A stretch of 64,000 nucleotides of DNA from an uncultured Gammaproteobacteria bacterium (GCA_964507055.1 CAZDOJ010000001.1:721313-785312); one strand, 5' to 3'. Counted from the first letter of the stretch, positions 32,101 to 41,123 are shown. Numbers and translations are program-made. The notes: generated by a model not told the origin, from the sequence alone.

Positions 32101-33329
32101 TTCTTTTTCTTTCGTTTAACTTGACGTGCAAAAAGTATTTGCTTGTAAAAAAAGTAGGCGGTAATAATAAGAAATGCTAAAGTATAACTCAAGAAATTCA
32201 TATCTAAAAGAATTTGAGGTATTGGCTTATCCCAGTTACCCGTAAAAAGGAATGGTACATAATTCATCAAGGAGAAAAATGACACAATGACAGCTGGAAT
32301 TAGCACATAATATCGATAGGAAATGAGTGCAGCAAAAGCTAAAACATCAATAAGATACCACGGCTGAAATGTACCTCTATATGATTGTGCCGCCGCTCCC
32401 CCAATAAGAAGTATTACTGCTATGCCAATAATAAAACCCCATTTTCGATGAATCTTCTCGGCCTTCATTCGGTGGATAACGACAAATAGTGGTAATAAAA
32501 CAGCTGTGACAAATTTTATTGCAATGGAAAGAAATAGTAGCCCATACGCTTTACCATGTTTTTCTATAATCATAAAATAGAATGCCCAAAGGGCAAAAAA
32601 CATCATGACAATGTCAATGTGAGGACTTACAACACTTTCTATAAGCATCAGTGGATTTAATCCAAAGAAAATAAGCCCCATTACTTCTCGTTCCGGAGCA
32701 ATCGTCTTTAATATTTTTCCAATAAAGAATACTGAACCGATGAAACAAGCTATCATTAACAATTTAAAAAGGAAAAATGTTGGCAAAAAGAATTGCAAAC
32801 CTATGAAAGAAAGAGGTACTGTAATCACCAACCAGAACGGACCATATGGATATTCTCGATGGGTCCAACGCATAAATGAAAGCATCGGATCCTCAGGATA
32901 ATCTAGAGCTTTTTGTACATAAGGATTGTCTCCATAATGAGTTATAATCTTTGCATCAAATATATAATTAAAAATATCATAGGAAAAAGCGTTGTAGGAA
33001 AAGGTAAGAATAATTGTGGCTGCACCAATCAAAATCCACGTAAACTTTTTTTGAATCTTCTTTTTGGTAGCTAGTCTTAAAAAGATTACATAAAAGACAA
33101 AAAGGATCACAACAAGTGAAACAAAAAGGGTTGCAGAAAGAGGCCTGTCAAAATATCCAATCTGTTGAAAAGAGCGTACAATTTCCTGAAGTGCTTCATT
33201 TCGAGAGAGAGCCAAACTTAAATCAATTTGTGTAAAACTGTAGAAGAATAATCCAACAAGCGGGACACAATAAAAGAAAAGGATTAAATATTCTTTTAAT
33301 GATAAATTTTTAAATAGTGTTTTCACCAT
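32097..33329 (-). CDS. polytopic membrane protein, GT87/DUF2029-like, paralog of 29475..30929
   Basis: SYDIFNYIFDAKIITHYGDNPYV and LNPLMLIESVVSPHIDIVMMFFALWAFYF align with its paralog. Confidence 0.4.
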   Translation of the reverse strand: MVKTLFKNLSLKEYLILFFYCVPLVGLFFYSFTQIDLSLALSRNEALQEIVRSFQQIGYFDRPLSATLFVSLVVILFVFYVIFLRLATKKKIQKKFTWILIGAATIILTFSYNAFSYDIFNYIFDAKIITHYGDNPYVQKALDYPEDPMLSFMRWTHREYPYGPFWLVITVPLSFIGLQFFLPTFFLFKLLMIACFIGSVFFIGKILKTIAPEREVMGLIFFGLNPLMLIESVVSPHIDIVMMFFALWAFYFMIIEKHGKAYGLLFLSIAIKFVTAVLLPLFVVIHRMKAEKIHRKWGFIIGIAVILLIGGAAAQSYRGTFQPWYLIDVLAFAALISYRYYVLIPAVIVSFFSLMNYVPFLFTGNWDKPIPQILLDMNFLSYTLAFLIITAYFFYKQILFARQVKRKKKK

Positions 33330-34087
33330 TAATTATATCTTCCTGCAAGTACATTTCTTTTAATTTTTACAAGATCTTTTACTCCCTGAATCGCATCGCG
33401 TACAGGATTAACTCTTCTCGTCTCTACATGAAGCCAATTTACATGAACTTCTTTTATTTTATAGCCATGATTTCTTGCAATGTAGAGAATCTCAATATCT
33501 GATCCAAAAGTAATTGCTGTCCCCTTAACTTTCTCAAAACCATTTTTTAGAACTTTTAATTTATTAAATACATCGTCCGCTGCTTTTGCAGTAAACAATT
33601 TAAATCCACATTGTGTGTCTGTTATATCATTAATGCCTATTATCATTTTTCTCATAATGATTGCACTTCGAGAAATAAATAAACGTATCTCCGGAGCACC
33701 TTTTCGCTGCGTACTTCTCGAACCAATGGCGATATCATAGTCTCCACTTTCAAGATATGGTAGTAAATTATTAACTTCTTCAATAGGAGTAGCCTGATCC
33801 ATATCAGTAAAAAGACGGTACTCACCTTGTGCTTTCAACATGCCGGTAGTAACAGCACCAGCTTTTCCATAGTGAGGGTTTTTAATTAAGATAAAATGAG
33901 GATTTTCTTTTATAAATTTTTCGATAAACTCGACGCTACCGTCTCTCGATCCATCATCAGCGATGATTACTTCGTAGGAAATCTTTTTCTTTTCAAGAAA
34001 ATGCTGTACTTTTTCAAGCACACCTTTCTGGAGATTAGCCATCTCATCATAGCAAGGAATAACAACAGAAAGAAATATTTTCTTCAC
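33329..34087 (-). CDS. GT2 polyprenol-phosphate sugar synthase (DPM1/ALG5-like)
   Basis: LSVVIPCYDEMANL, IADDGSRDGS, FTDMDQAT and TQCGFKLF. Confidence 0.75.
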   Translation of the reverse strand: MKKIFLSVVIPCYDEMANLQKGVLEKVQHFLEKKKISYEVIIADDGSRDGSVEFIEKFIKENPHFILIKNPHYGKAGAVTTGMLKAQGEYRLFTDMDQATPIEEVNNLLPYLESGDYDIAIGSRSTQRKGAPEIRLFISRSAIIMRKMIIGINDITDTQCGFKLFTAKAADDVFNKLKVLKNGFEKVKGTAITFGSDIEILYIARNHGYKIKEVHVNWLHVETRRVNPVRDAIQGVKDLVKIKRNVLAGRYN

Positions 34088-34195
34088 TCTAGAATTATAC
34101 CACTCTCTTCACTAATACTAAATATTAAACTTTATTAAATAAAATCAAATATTTCAATTTTTAATATAAAAATATAATTATTTAATTTTAATATA

Positions 34196-34224
34196 TTGAC
34201 AACAATATTATTATTTCATATATT
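34196..34224 (+). promoter_or_regulatory. sigma-70-type promoter of glnA (TTGACA-17-TATATT)
   Basis: TTGACA at 34196-34201, a 17-nt spacer, TATATT at 34219-34224, ATG at 34238. No SD in the short leader. Confidence 0.55.
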
Positions 34225-34237
34225 TAACTTAATAAGC

Positions 34238-35677
34238 ATGAATCCTACTCTTTCTTCACTTAAAACTTTTCTCGAACTCCCCTATGATCAACTTGAAGAG
34301 ATGAACCTTACAATCAAAGAAAAAGGCGACACTTTATCCGCAAAGGAATTTGAAAAAGAATACATAGCATATTTATTAAAAGAAAAGCGTATCAAAGCAA
34401 TCACTGTATGCTTCAGTGATATTGAAGGACGCTTTCACATGCTCGATTATGATAAAAAATTCCTCTTAGAATCTTTGGAGAATCTTACCTTTGATGGATC
34501 TTCTATTCGTGGATTCTCAGCCCAACATGAATCAGATCTCAGGCTTGATATTGATTGGCCGTCTATTCGATTTCTCCCAGCAGATGTTTTTGGGCTAGGT
34601 AAAGTTGTAGTCTTTGCATCAGTCCTCAACAGAGATCGTACCCCATATATTTCAGACTTTCGTGGGCAATTAAAGCTATATACTGAAGTGTTAAAAAAGA
34701 AACATGGGATCACTGCATATGGTGCACCTGAAATTGAAGGTTTTCTTGTGGACGGCATCCATGCAGAACAAGAATATGCTGCAAATGATGGATTTAAACT
34801 TATTTCAACAGGAGGATATTTCCACTCACTTCCACTTGATAAGCTTCGCCAATTCATCGATATGGCAGCTGAAGCACAGCGTGCAATGGGCTTCAGAAAT
34901 GAGAAAGACCATCCAGAAGTTGCACCATCACAATTTGAAATGAATTTTTCCTATACTGAAGTTTTACGTGCGGCCGATCAGATACAATTGTACAAACTTG
35001 TCTGTCGCCAAGTTGCAAGAAATCTTGGATTGACTGCAACATTCTTACCAAAACCTGTGATTGGAATTAATGGTTCAGGAATGCATACTAATTTTTCTCT
35101 TTCGAAAAATGGTAAAAATATTTTTTATGACGCAAAAGGACAAGATGGACTATCAACAATAGCATGGGATTATATCACCAGACTGTTAAATCATGCACCT
35201 GAAATTTGCCTAACACTAAACTCATCAGTAAATGCATATCGTCGACTTGATCCCCACTTCGAAGCACCGAATCAAATTAAAGTTTCCTCTTTAGATCGAG
35301 GGTCGATGATTCGAATACCTGTAGCAAATGAAAAAACTGCACGAATTGAAGTGAGATCTGTAGCACCTGATGCAAATCCGTACCTTGTTTTCTACACAAT
35401 CCTAAAGACAGGACAAGAAGGTACACCATTAAAAAAGAATGCAGTTCGTCGCGAACGAATGCGTTTCCTTCCTGATAATGTAAATGATGCGATCCGTATC
35501 TTTAAAGCAAGTAAGTTCATAACGAAAATTCTTGTAGAACAAAATCAGGATAAGTATGCAGCATTTAAGCAAGCAGCAGCAGACAGAAGTCCAAAAGCAT
35601 TAGGTACAATTGTGAAAGAATCAGAAGTAATTTATCACCATGAGGTAACCAATCAAGTCCTCTGGAATAATTTTTAA
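34238..35677 (+). CDS. glnA: glutamine synthetase
   Basis: PSQFEMNFSY, INGSGMHTNFSL, NAYRRL and ARIEVRSVAPDANPYL. Start moved from 34196 (which is the -35 box) to MNPTLSSL. Confidence 0.85.
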   Translation: MNPTLSSLKTFLELPYDQLEEMNLTIKEKGDTLSAKEFEKEYIAYLLKEKRIKAITVCFSDIEGRFHMLDYDKKFLLESLENLTFDGSSIRGFSAQHESDLRLDIDWPSIRFLPADVFGLGKVVVFASVLNRDRTPYISDFRGQLKLYTEVLKKKHGITAYGAPEIEGFLVDGIHAEQEYAANDGFKLISTGGYFHSLPLDKLRQFIDMAAEAQRAMGFRNEKDHPEVAPSQFEMNFSYTEVLRAADQIQLYKLVCRQVARNLGLTATFLPKPVIGINGSGMHTNFSLSKNGKNIFYDAKGQDGLSTIAWDYITRLLNHAPEICLTLNSSVNAYRRLDPHFEAPNQIKVSSLDRGSMIRIPVANEKTARIEVRSVAPDANPYLVFYTILKTGQEGTPLKKNAVRRERMRFLPDNVNDAIRIFKASKFITKILVEQNQDKYAAFKQAAADRSPKALGTIVKESEVIYHHEVTNQVLWNNF

Positions 35678-35720
35678 TCCTCAATAATCATACAAGGCTA
35701 ATAAGGTATAATGTTTTTGC

Positions 35721-36125
35721 ATGAAGAAAAACTATATTGATAAACTTGCTTATATCCTTGTTAGAAACCGCCGAGTGCTTGCGACCTTAAGCCGCGGAAA
35801 AGATACTTGGTTTTTACCTGGTGGGAAAAGGGAAGGAAATGAAACAGATATCCAAGCTTTAACGCGTGAAGTAAAAGAAGAACTTACAGTGGATATAATT
35901 GAAGATACTATCAAACCATATGGCGTTTTTGAAGCACAAGCACATGGCAAACCAGAAGGCACTATTGTCCGCATGACCTGTTATACAGCGAATTGTAGTG
36001 GGTTATTGCGTGCAAGTGCGGAGATTGAAAGAATAGATTTCCACTCCTATGCTGAAAGAGATATTTGCTCCACTGCAAGTAAACTCATTTATGATGATCT
36101 TAAAAAGAAAGATTTGATCGATTAA
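35721..36125 (+). CDS. NUDIX hydrolase
   Basis: Complete Nudix box GKREGNETDIQALTREVKEELTV (Gx5Ex7REUxEExGU). Confidence 0.85.
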   Translation: MKKNYIDKLAYILVRNRRVLATLSRGKDTWFLPGGKREGNETDIQALTREVKEELTVDIIEDTIKPYGVFEAQAHGKPEGTIVRMTCYTANCSGLLRASAEIERIDFHSYAERDICSTASKLIYDDLKKKDLID

Positions 36126-36126
36126 T

Positions 36127-37152
36127 ATGACACAACCATTTGCGAATCTCCCAAAACCAATTGAGGAAGCGATTGTCCAAACGCTCAATGAACATAAAGA
36201 TACAGAATTTGATAGTAAGGCACAGGATCTCCATGCGAGATATATTGCTCAAGATAAAGGTAATCATAAAAGTTATTTTCAGGATTTTGCGAGTACTCTT
36301 GCATATCTTGCTCTCAGATCTCCTGCCACCTATGCACAAATTTATGCGACACTTGCAAATGCAAAAGAACTCCTTCCATCTTGGAAACCACGGACAATGC
36401 TCGATTTGGGAAGTGGTCCCGGTACAACAATTTGGGCTGCACATGAGGTGTGGGATACGATAACAGAGGCACGTGCAATTGACCAACAAAATTCTATCAT
36501 TTCACTTGGTAAACAAATTGCTGATACTGCGATATTGCCAATCACAATAAATTGGAATCGACAAGATATCCGTGAAGGGATAGTAGAAGATGAAAAAACT
36601 TATGATGTCGTTGTTATCGCCAATGTATTAAATGAACTCAATCCAACCACTGCTGAAAAGGTCATAGGACAAGCGTTTAATAAAACATCTGGTGTTCTTG
36701 TAATTATTGAACCCGGTACACCAACTGGAAGTGCAATTGTACAGAATGCTGCAAAGATATTGAGTAAAGCTGGAACTCTTATTGCACCTTATATTGAATC
36801 TTTTGTTGTGCAGCAAAATGATTTTTATGTCCATTTCTCACAGAAGTTTACTCGTCCTGAATTCCAAAGAAGAATTAGACAACAGATGCGTGAAAGTTCA
36901 TTAATGGCATCGGACTGGGAGGATGCAAAATATTCATATACTATTATTAGTAAGCTTCCAGCAGAGATAACACTGTGGGGCAGATGTGTGGGACCCGCAC
37001 AGATACAAAAAGGTTTTCTGGAGATACCAATTCTTACGAAAACCTCTCTTGAGAAACTAAAAGTAATGAAGCGCAATAAACTACAATATAACTTCGCAAA
37101 GGATTTAAAATGGGGTGATTTAATAAAAAATAGAAGTGATATAATTGCATAG
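36127..37152 (+). CDS. class I SAM-dependent methyltransferase, Rsm22-like
   Basis: MLDLGSGPGTTIWAA (motif I) and YDVVVIANVLNELNP. The size and layout resemble bacterial Rsm22-family proteins. Confidence 0.5.
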   Translation: MTQPFANLPKPIEEAIVQTLNEHKDTEFDSKAQDLHARYIAQDKGNHKSYFQDFASTLAYLALRSPATYAQIYATLANAKELLPSWKPRTMLDLGSGPGTTIWAAHEVWDTITEARAIDQQNSIISLGKQIADTAILPITINWNRQDIREGIVEDEKTYDVVVIANVLNELNPTTAEKVIGQAFNKTSGVLVIIEPGTPTGSAIVQNAAKILSKAGTLIAPYIESFVVQQNDFYVHFSQKFTRPEFQRRIRQQMRESSLMASDWEDAKYSYTIISKLPAEITLWGRCVGPAQIQKGFLEIPILTKTSLEKLKVMKRNKLQYNFAKDLKWGDLIKNRSDIIA

Positions 37153-37170
37153 CCTATCACTTCATAAAAT

Positions 37171-37851
37171 ATGGAAAAGAAAACTAAACACATCGTTATT
37201 GTAGGTGCTTCTAGTGGATTAGGTAAAGCATTAGCTACTGCTTTAGCTCAAGAGAATAATCATTTATATCTCCTCTCCAGAAAAATTGAATCAACACAAA
37301 CGAATTTTGATGCTATAAAGATTAACTGTGACATCAGAAGTGGTGAAAGTATCAGTGAAGCTTTCACTAAGATTGATAAACACACACAACAAATTGATGT
37401 CCTCATCAATTGTGCTGGGATAGGTTTGGTAAAAAGCATTGAAGATACAACACAAAATGAAATAGAAGACATTATTCAAACAAATCTTATTGGCTCAATA
37501 ATTTCTTCACAGGAAGCATATAAAAGAATGCTTCTTCACAAATCAGGATATATTATCAATGTAACTTCCACTTCTAGTATAAAAGCTCGCCCAGAAGAAA
37601 CAATTTATTGTGCAAGTAAAGCTGGATTACGACTTTTTACAGAGAGTCTCAGACTTGCAGCAGTTAAGAATAAGGTTCGAGTAACTGCAGTGGCACCTGG
37701 AGGGATGAATACAGCCTTCTGGAAAGAAGGCCACTCTCAAAACATACATGCATTTATGGATGCATCCGAGATTGCAGACCAAATTATTAATCTTATTAAA
37801 ACTCCAACTTCAATTTCTCCAGCTGAGCTCATTATTGAACGAGGTGTGTAA
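37171..37851 (+). CDS. short-chain dehydrogenase/reductase (SDR)
   Basis: IVIVGASSGLGKALA (TGxxxGxG-like), NCAG, and catalytic YCASKAG. Confidence 0.85.
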   Translation: MEKKTKHIVIVGASSGLGKALATALAQENNHLYLLSRKIESTQTNFDAIKINCDIRSGESISEAFTKIDKHTQQIDVLINCAGIGLVKSIEDTTQNEIEDIIQTNLIGSIISSQEAYKRMLLHKSGYIINVTSTSSIKARPEETIYCASKAGLRLFTESLRLAAVKNKVRVTAVAPGGMNTAFWKEGHSQNIHAFMDASEIADQIINLIKTPTSISPAELIIERGV

Positions 37852-37861
37852 CCCCTTCACA

Positions 37862-37890
37862 TTGCTATACGAGCCTCGATAAGGTAAAAT
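37862..37890 (+). promoter_or_regulatory. candidate promoter of tRNA-Glu (TTGCTA-17-TAAAAT)
   Basis: TTGCTA at 37862-37867, a 17-nt spacer, TAAAAT at 37885-37890; the tRNA 5' end lies 15 nt downstream. Confidence 0.4.
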
Positions 37891-37904
37891 AGAGCCTAGT
37901 AAAC

Positions 37905-37976
37905 GGCCCGTTCGTATATCGGTTAGTACACCAGGTTCTCATCCTGGGAAGAGGGTTTCGACTACCCTACGGGTCA
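37905..37976 (+). tRNA. tRNA-Glu (anticodon CUC)
   Basis: Hand-folded cloverleaf, 72 nt. Acceptor GGCCCGT/ACGGGTC (one G-U). D stem GTAT/GTAC with loop ATCGGTTA. Anticodon stem CCAGG/CCTGG with loop TTCTCAT. 4-nt variable region. T stem AGGGT/ACCCT with loop TTCGACT. Discriminator A; no encoded CCA. Confidence 0.85.
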
Positions 37977-38013
37977 CATTTCTTCAACGCTTCAAATTTG
38001 CTATAGTGGATAT

Positions 38014-38460
38014 ATGGTAAAGAAACATCTCAAAGATCACGGTAAGCATATCGATAAACGCCTCCGATTCCGTATCCGCATATATTTACTTATTTCCCTT
38101 ATACTGCTTGGCGTCCTGCTCTTTAATGTGATCCGAGGAGCATTGAGAATTGATTATGGTTTGCTGGGACTAATGGGAGGAACAGGCGTGGGTATTATTG
38201 CTTCACGAATGTTTCACACTTCATGGGATAGTAATGCAAAGAAAGTTATCAGTCGTATCGATACATTTGGTGTAGGAATCCTTTTGCTTTATATTGTTTT
38301 TGAAATTCTGCGTGAAGATATCGTAAAGATATTTACCGGTGACGTTCAAGTAGCGACGACTGGTTTTGCTGTTCTTGCAGGATTGATGCTTGGACAAGTG
38401 ATAGGTATGCGAGGGAAAATTATAGAGATATTAAAAGAACAAAAAGTTTTTGGTAGATAA
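38014..38460 (+). CDS. small membrane protein (3-4 TM), unknown function
   Basis: Hydrophobic segments IYLLISLILLGVLLF, GLLGLMGGTGVGIIA, GVGILLLYIVFEIL and FAVLAGLMLGQVIG. TGcTATAGT lies 6 nt upstream of the ATG. Confidence 0.6.
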   Translation: MVKKHLKDHGKHIDKRLRFRIRIYLLISLILLGVLLFNVIRGALRIDYGLLGLMGGTGVGIIASRMFHTSWDSNAKKVISRIDTFGVGILLLYIVFEILREDIVKIFTGDVQVATTGFAVLAGLMLGQVIGMRGKIIEILKEQKVFGR

Positions 38461-40047
38461 CTATTCTTGAGGTGCTTGATCCGGTGCACGCAGTTCACGC
38501 TTTTGTACGATAAAGTTACCAAACTTTTTCTCTTCAATCATAGTTGAAACAAGATTCTCTTCCTCAACACTGTGTTGAATCCAGTATTCATCAATTCCTT
38601 CTGGTGGTTCTATAATTAAATAACGCACTTTTGTTGTTTCAAGAGATTTTTGCATTGGCAGAAAGCTCAAATATCCAGCTTGATCTTTTCCCCAATAACT
38701 AGGAACATAATCATATTTTGGTTTTCCATATGTTTCAAAAAGATACGACCATGTTGTATTGATATAAAGAGGATTCGTAACTGTTGCTATAGCAAATGGC
38801 TCTTTCGCAGCACTTTGATAAACATATTCAAGAACCTGTCGTTCATAATATGTTGTCATTCCTTTTTGAATAGATAAGGGAGAATTCTGGTTACTCATCA
38901 GTGAATGAACAGAAAGAAACTGTATCGTACTTATAATGAGTAGCACTGCTGCAAGCACCCTCACATCTTTAATTAATTTTGTGAGAAAAATAGCAAAGAG
39001 TATTGCTAAAGGATAAAGGAACGGTGCATAGAAAAATAATATTAATAAATTACCTTTATTAAAGATAAATATAAATAGTATGCCTGTTAACCATATCAAC
39101 GAAAGCTTTGTAAGTTCATCAGTTTTTGTAAAAAGTGTTTTTCTGAAAACAATAAGTACAGATAAAACGATGAAAAAGCCAAGTAGTGCAGGCAATGGCA
39201 AATAGGTCAGCGATAGTAACTTCATCCCATGATCAATGAGAGAAACGACAGTCTGTCCCACTTGAATTTCATGAGCTCCCTTACCAAAAACAAAATCTGC
39301 GATAATCGCTATTACATTGGTTTTAAATTTAATGTACGTAACAAAGAACGGCAACAAGCCGATAATCAATCCACCAATGAGGGCGAGAGTATTTTTAAGA
39401 ATAAATGTTTGTTTAAATGCAAAATGATAAATAGGCAAAATAAATAATATGACAATGAATCCAAAATCTGATTGTATGAGTAACCCAAAGAAAAATCCTA
39501 TTAAAGCTGCTGTCAGTAGTGATTTCTTATGAATATATTTCCATAAAAAGTAAAAGAGCGGAGGTGTGATAAATAATGCTAAAACTGGATTTGATAGCCA
39601 TAATGCAAAGGAAATATAAAGAGGTGCCATTGCATACAATGCTGTTGAGACTGCTGCAACAGTGGTGCTTTGTGACATCTTTTTTGTCAGATACCACAAT
39701 AATGGTATAAAGGCATATAATCCTACAAGTAAAATCGTCAATGCATTTTCAGGTATTCCCTGCCCCAAAGCATAAATAACTGCTAAAAAGTAGTACCACA
39801 GTACTCCATGATTAATCCCAGGAATATCTGATGAAGGTCCTAAAATTTTAATATTATGATCGTGCCAAATTGAATATGCTTCATATGCATCTCGAGCTTG
39901 ATCATAGTAGAAAACTGTGTGAGTAGGAATGAGAGAGAAAGCGTAAAAGAACGAAATGAGGATTAAGAGTATAGCTAAGGCCGAAAGCATAAAGCCTTTC
40001 TTTTTGAACATATCACTTATTATAGTAGGGCAATTACGTAATAGCAA
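38461..40047 (-). CDS. polytopic membrane protein, putative GT-C-fold glycosyltransferase; distant paralog of 12480..14015
   Basis: FYYDQARDAYEAY...ILGPSSDIPGINHGVLWYYFLAV parallels WYDPARD...LIGPTSGIPGVFYGPYWIWFLSV. Multi-TM with a C-terminal soluble domain. The start may be MFKKKGF (40011). Confidence 0.45.
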   Translation of the reverse strand: MLLRNCPTIISDMFKKKGFMLSALAILLILISFFYAFSLIPTHTVFYYDQARDAYEAYSIWHDHNIKILGPSSDIPGINHGVLWYYFLAVIYALGQGIPENALTILLVGLYAFIPLLWYLTKKMSQSTTVAAVSTALYAMAPLYISFALWLSNPVLALFITPPLFYFLWKYIHKKSLLTAALIGFFFGLLIQSDFGFIVILFILPIYHFAFKQTFILKNTLALIGGLIIGLLPFFVTYIKFKTNVIAIIADFVFGKGAHEIQVGQTVVSLIDHGMKLLSLTYLPLPALLGFFIVLSVLIVFRKTLFTKTDELTKLSLIWLTGILFIFIFNKGNLLILFFYAPFLYPLAILFAIFLTKLIKDVRVLAAVLLIISTIQFLSVHSLMSNQNSPLSIQKGMTTYYERQVLEYVYQSAAKEPFAIATVTNPLYINTTWSYLFETYGKPKYDYVPSYWGKDQAGYLSFLPMQKSLETTKVRYLIIEPPEGIDEYWIQHSVEEENLVSTMIEEKKFGNFIVQKRELRAPDQAPQE

Positions 40048-40105
40048 TTAGAATTACATCATGGATTGTCTGGCAATAATCTTATATTTCATGCATAATA
40101 GGTTT

Positions 40106-40648
40106 ATGGCTGAGACAGAACATCAAAGAGTACATACACATAAAACAGCTTCGTATCACAAACGTCTTCACAGTCGGAGACATATCATCAAAAGCTTTAA
40201 AGCTGAAGCAAACGCGAAGAGAACCTTTTCAGAAAAGATAGCAGATACATTAACAGCAAGGCTTGGGACGATGGTCTTTCTTATCGTTAATGCTTTGTTC
40301 TTTATTACTTGGATCGCACTTCATATGGGGATTTTTCCTTACTCTGCACAGTTCGATCCTTATCCATTTAACTTCCTCACATTTGTGGTTTCGTTAGAGG
40401 CAATTTTTCTCGCAATTATTGTTTTGATCTCACAAAACCGATCAGCAAAGATTGATGAAATACGTGAAGAGACAGCACTGCAAATCAATACAATTGCTGA
40501 AGAAGAAATTTCTAAATTACTGGAACTACAGATTAAAATTTTGCAGAAACAAGGAGTTGATCTTTCAAAAGATCCTGAAATTCGAGAGATGCTAGAACCG
40601 ACGTCACCTGAAGAAATAGAAAAAGCTCTCGAAAAAGAAAATCAATAA
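40106..40648 (+). CDS. DUF1003 domain-containing membrane protein
   Basis: FSEKIADTLTARLGTMVFLIVNALFFITWI...DPYPFNFLTFVVSLEAIFLAIIVLISQNR is the DUF1003 core. Start taken at MAETEH, preceded by a -10-like TGCATAAT. Confidence 0.75.
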   Translation: MAETEHQRVHTHKTASYHKRLHSRRHIIKSFKAEANAKRTFSEKIADTLTARLGTMVFLIVNALFFITWIALHMGIFPYSAQFDPYPFNFLTFVVSLEAIFLAIIVLISQNRSAKIDEIREETALQINTIAEEEISKLLELQIKILQKQGVDLSKDPEIREMLEPTSPEEIEKALEKENQ

Positions 40649-40649
40649 A

Positions 40650-41123
40650 TTAACGACTTTCTACTTGAAGTAAATATTCTTTACACTGGATTCCAGCAAC
40701 ATATCCCCCAAATGCTCCATTACTCGCTAAAACCCTATGACATGGAACGATGATACAAATCGGATTTCGACCAACCGCTGATCCAACGGCTCTGACTGCT
40801 TTTGGCTTACCGATCTTTTCTGCCAAATCCGTATAAGAAACTGTTTTCCCAGAAGGAATTTCCTGCAATGCTTTCCAGACAGATTCTTGGAATGGTGTTC
40901 CCGTAAACTTTATTGAGAAATCAAACTTTTTTCTCTTACCTTCAAAATACTCTCGTAACTCTTTCTGTGCTTTTTTTAAAACTGAATTCTCAGAATCCCA
41001 CTTCCAATCTGAAGGGATTTGTGTAAAATATCGATCACCTTCGATATGCAAATGCGTTATGGCCTCTCCATCTGTAGCCAAGGTAATCTCTCCAACTGGT
41101 GAAGTCATCGTACTATAAATCAT
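40650..41123 (-). CDS. ogt: methylated-DNA--protein-cysteine methyltransferase
   Basis: Active site IIVPCHRV, plus TPFQESVWKALQEIPSGKTVSYTDLA. Start ambiguous: 41123 MIYSTM or 41108 MTSPVG. The track ORF reaches 41156 and overlaps the upstream gene. Confidence 0.9.
   Translation of the reverse strand: MIYSTMTSPVGEITLATDGEAITHLHIEGDRYFTQIPSDWKWDSENSVLKKAQKELREYFEGKRKKFDFSIKFTGTPFQESVWKALQEIPSGKTVSYTDLAEKIGKPKAVRAVGSAVGRNPICIIVPCHRVLASNGAFGGYVAGIQCKEYLLQVESR

Noticed and set aside
34088-34237. Strand switch from a 34-kb minus-strand block to a plus-strand block across a 150-nt very AT-rich gap. Considered as a possible replication origin.
   Set aside because: No cluster of DnaA-box-like 9-mers (TTATCCACA and near variants) is visible, and no dnaA/dnaN is nearby. 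The gap is adequately explained as divergent promoters.
37861-37997. An 8-nt TTGCTATA occurs on both sides of tRNA-Glu (37862-37869 and 37995-38002). Considered as a possible target-site duplication or attachment site.
   Set aside because: It is too short to be significant. Both copies coincide with promoter elements: TTGCTA as the -35 of the tRNA, and TGcTATAGT as the extended -10 of the 38014 gene.
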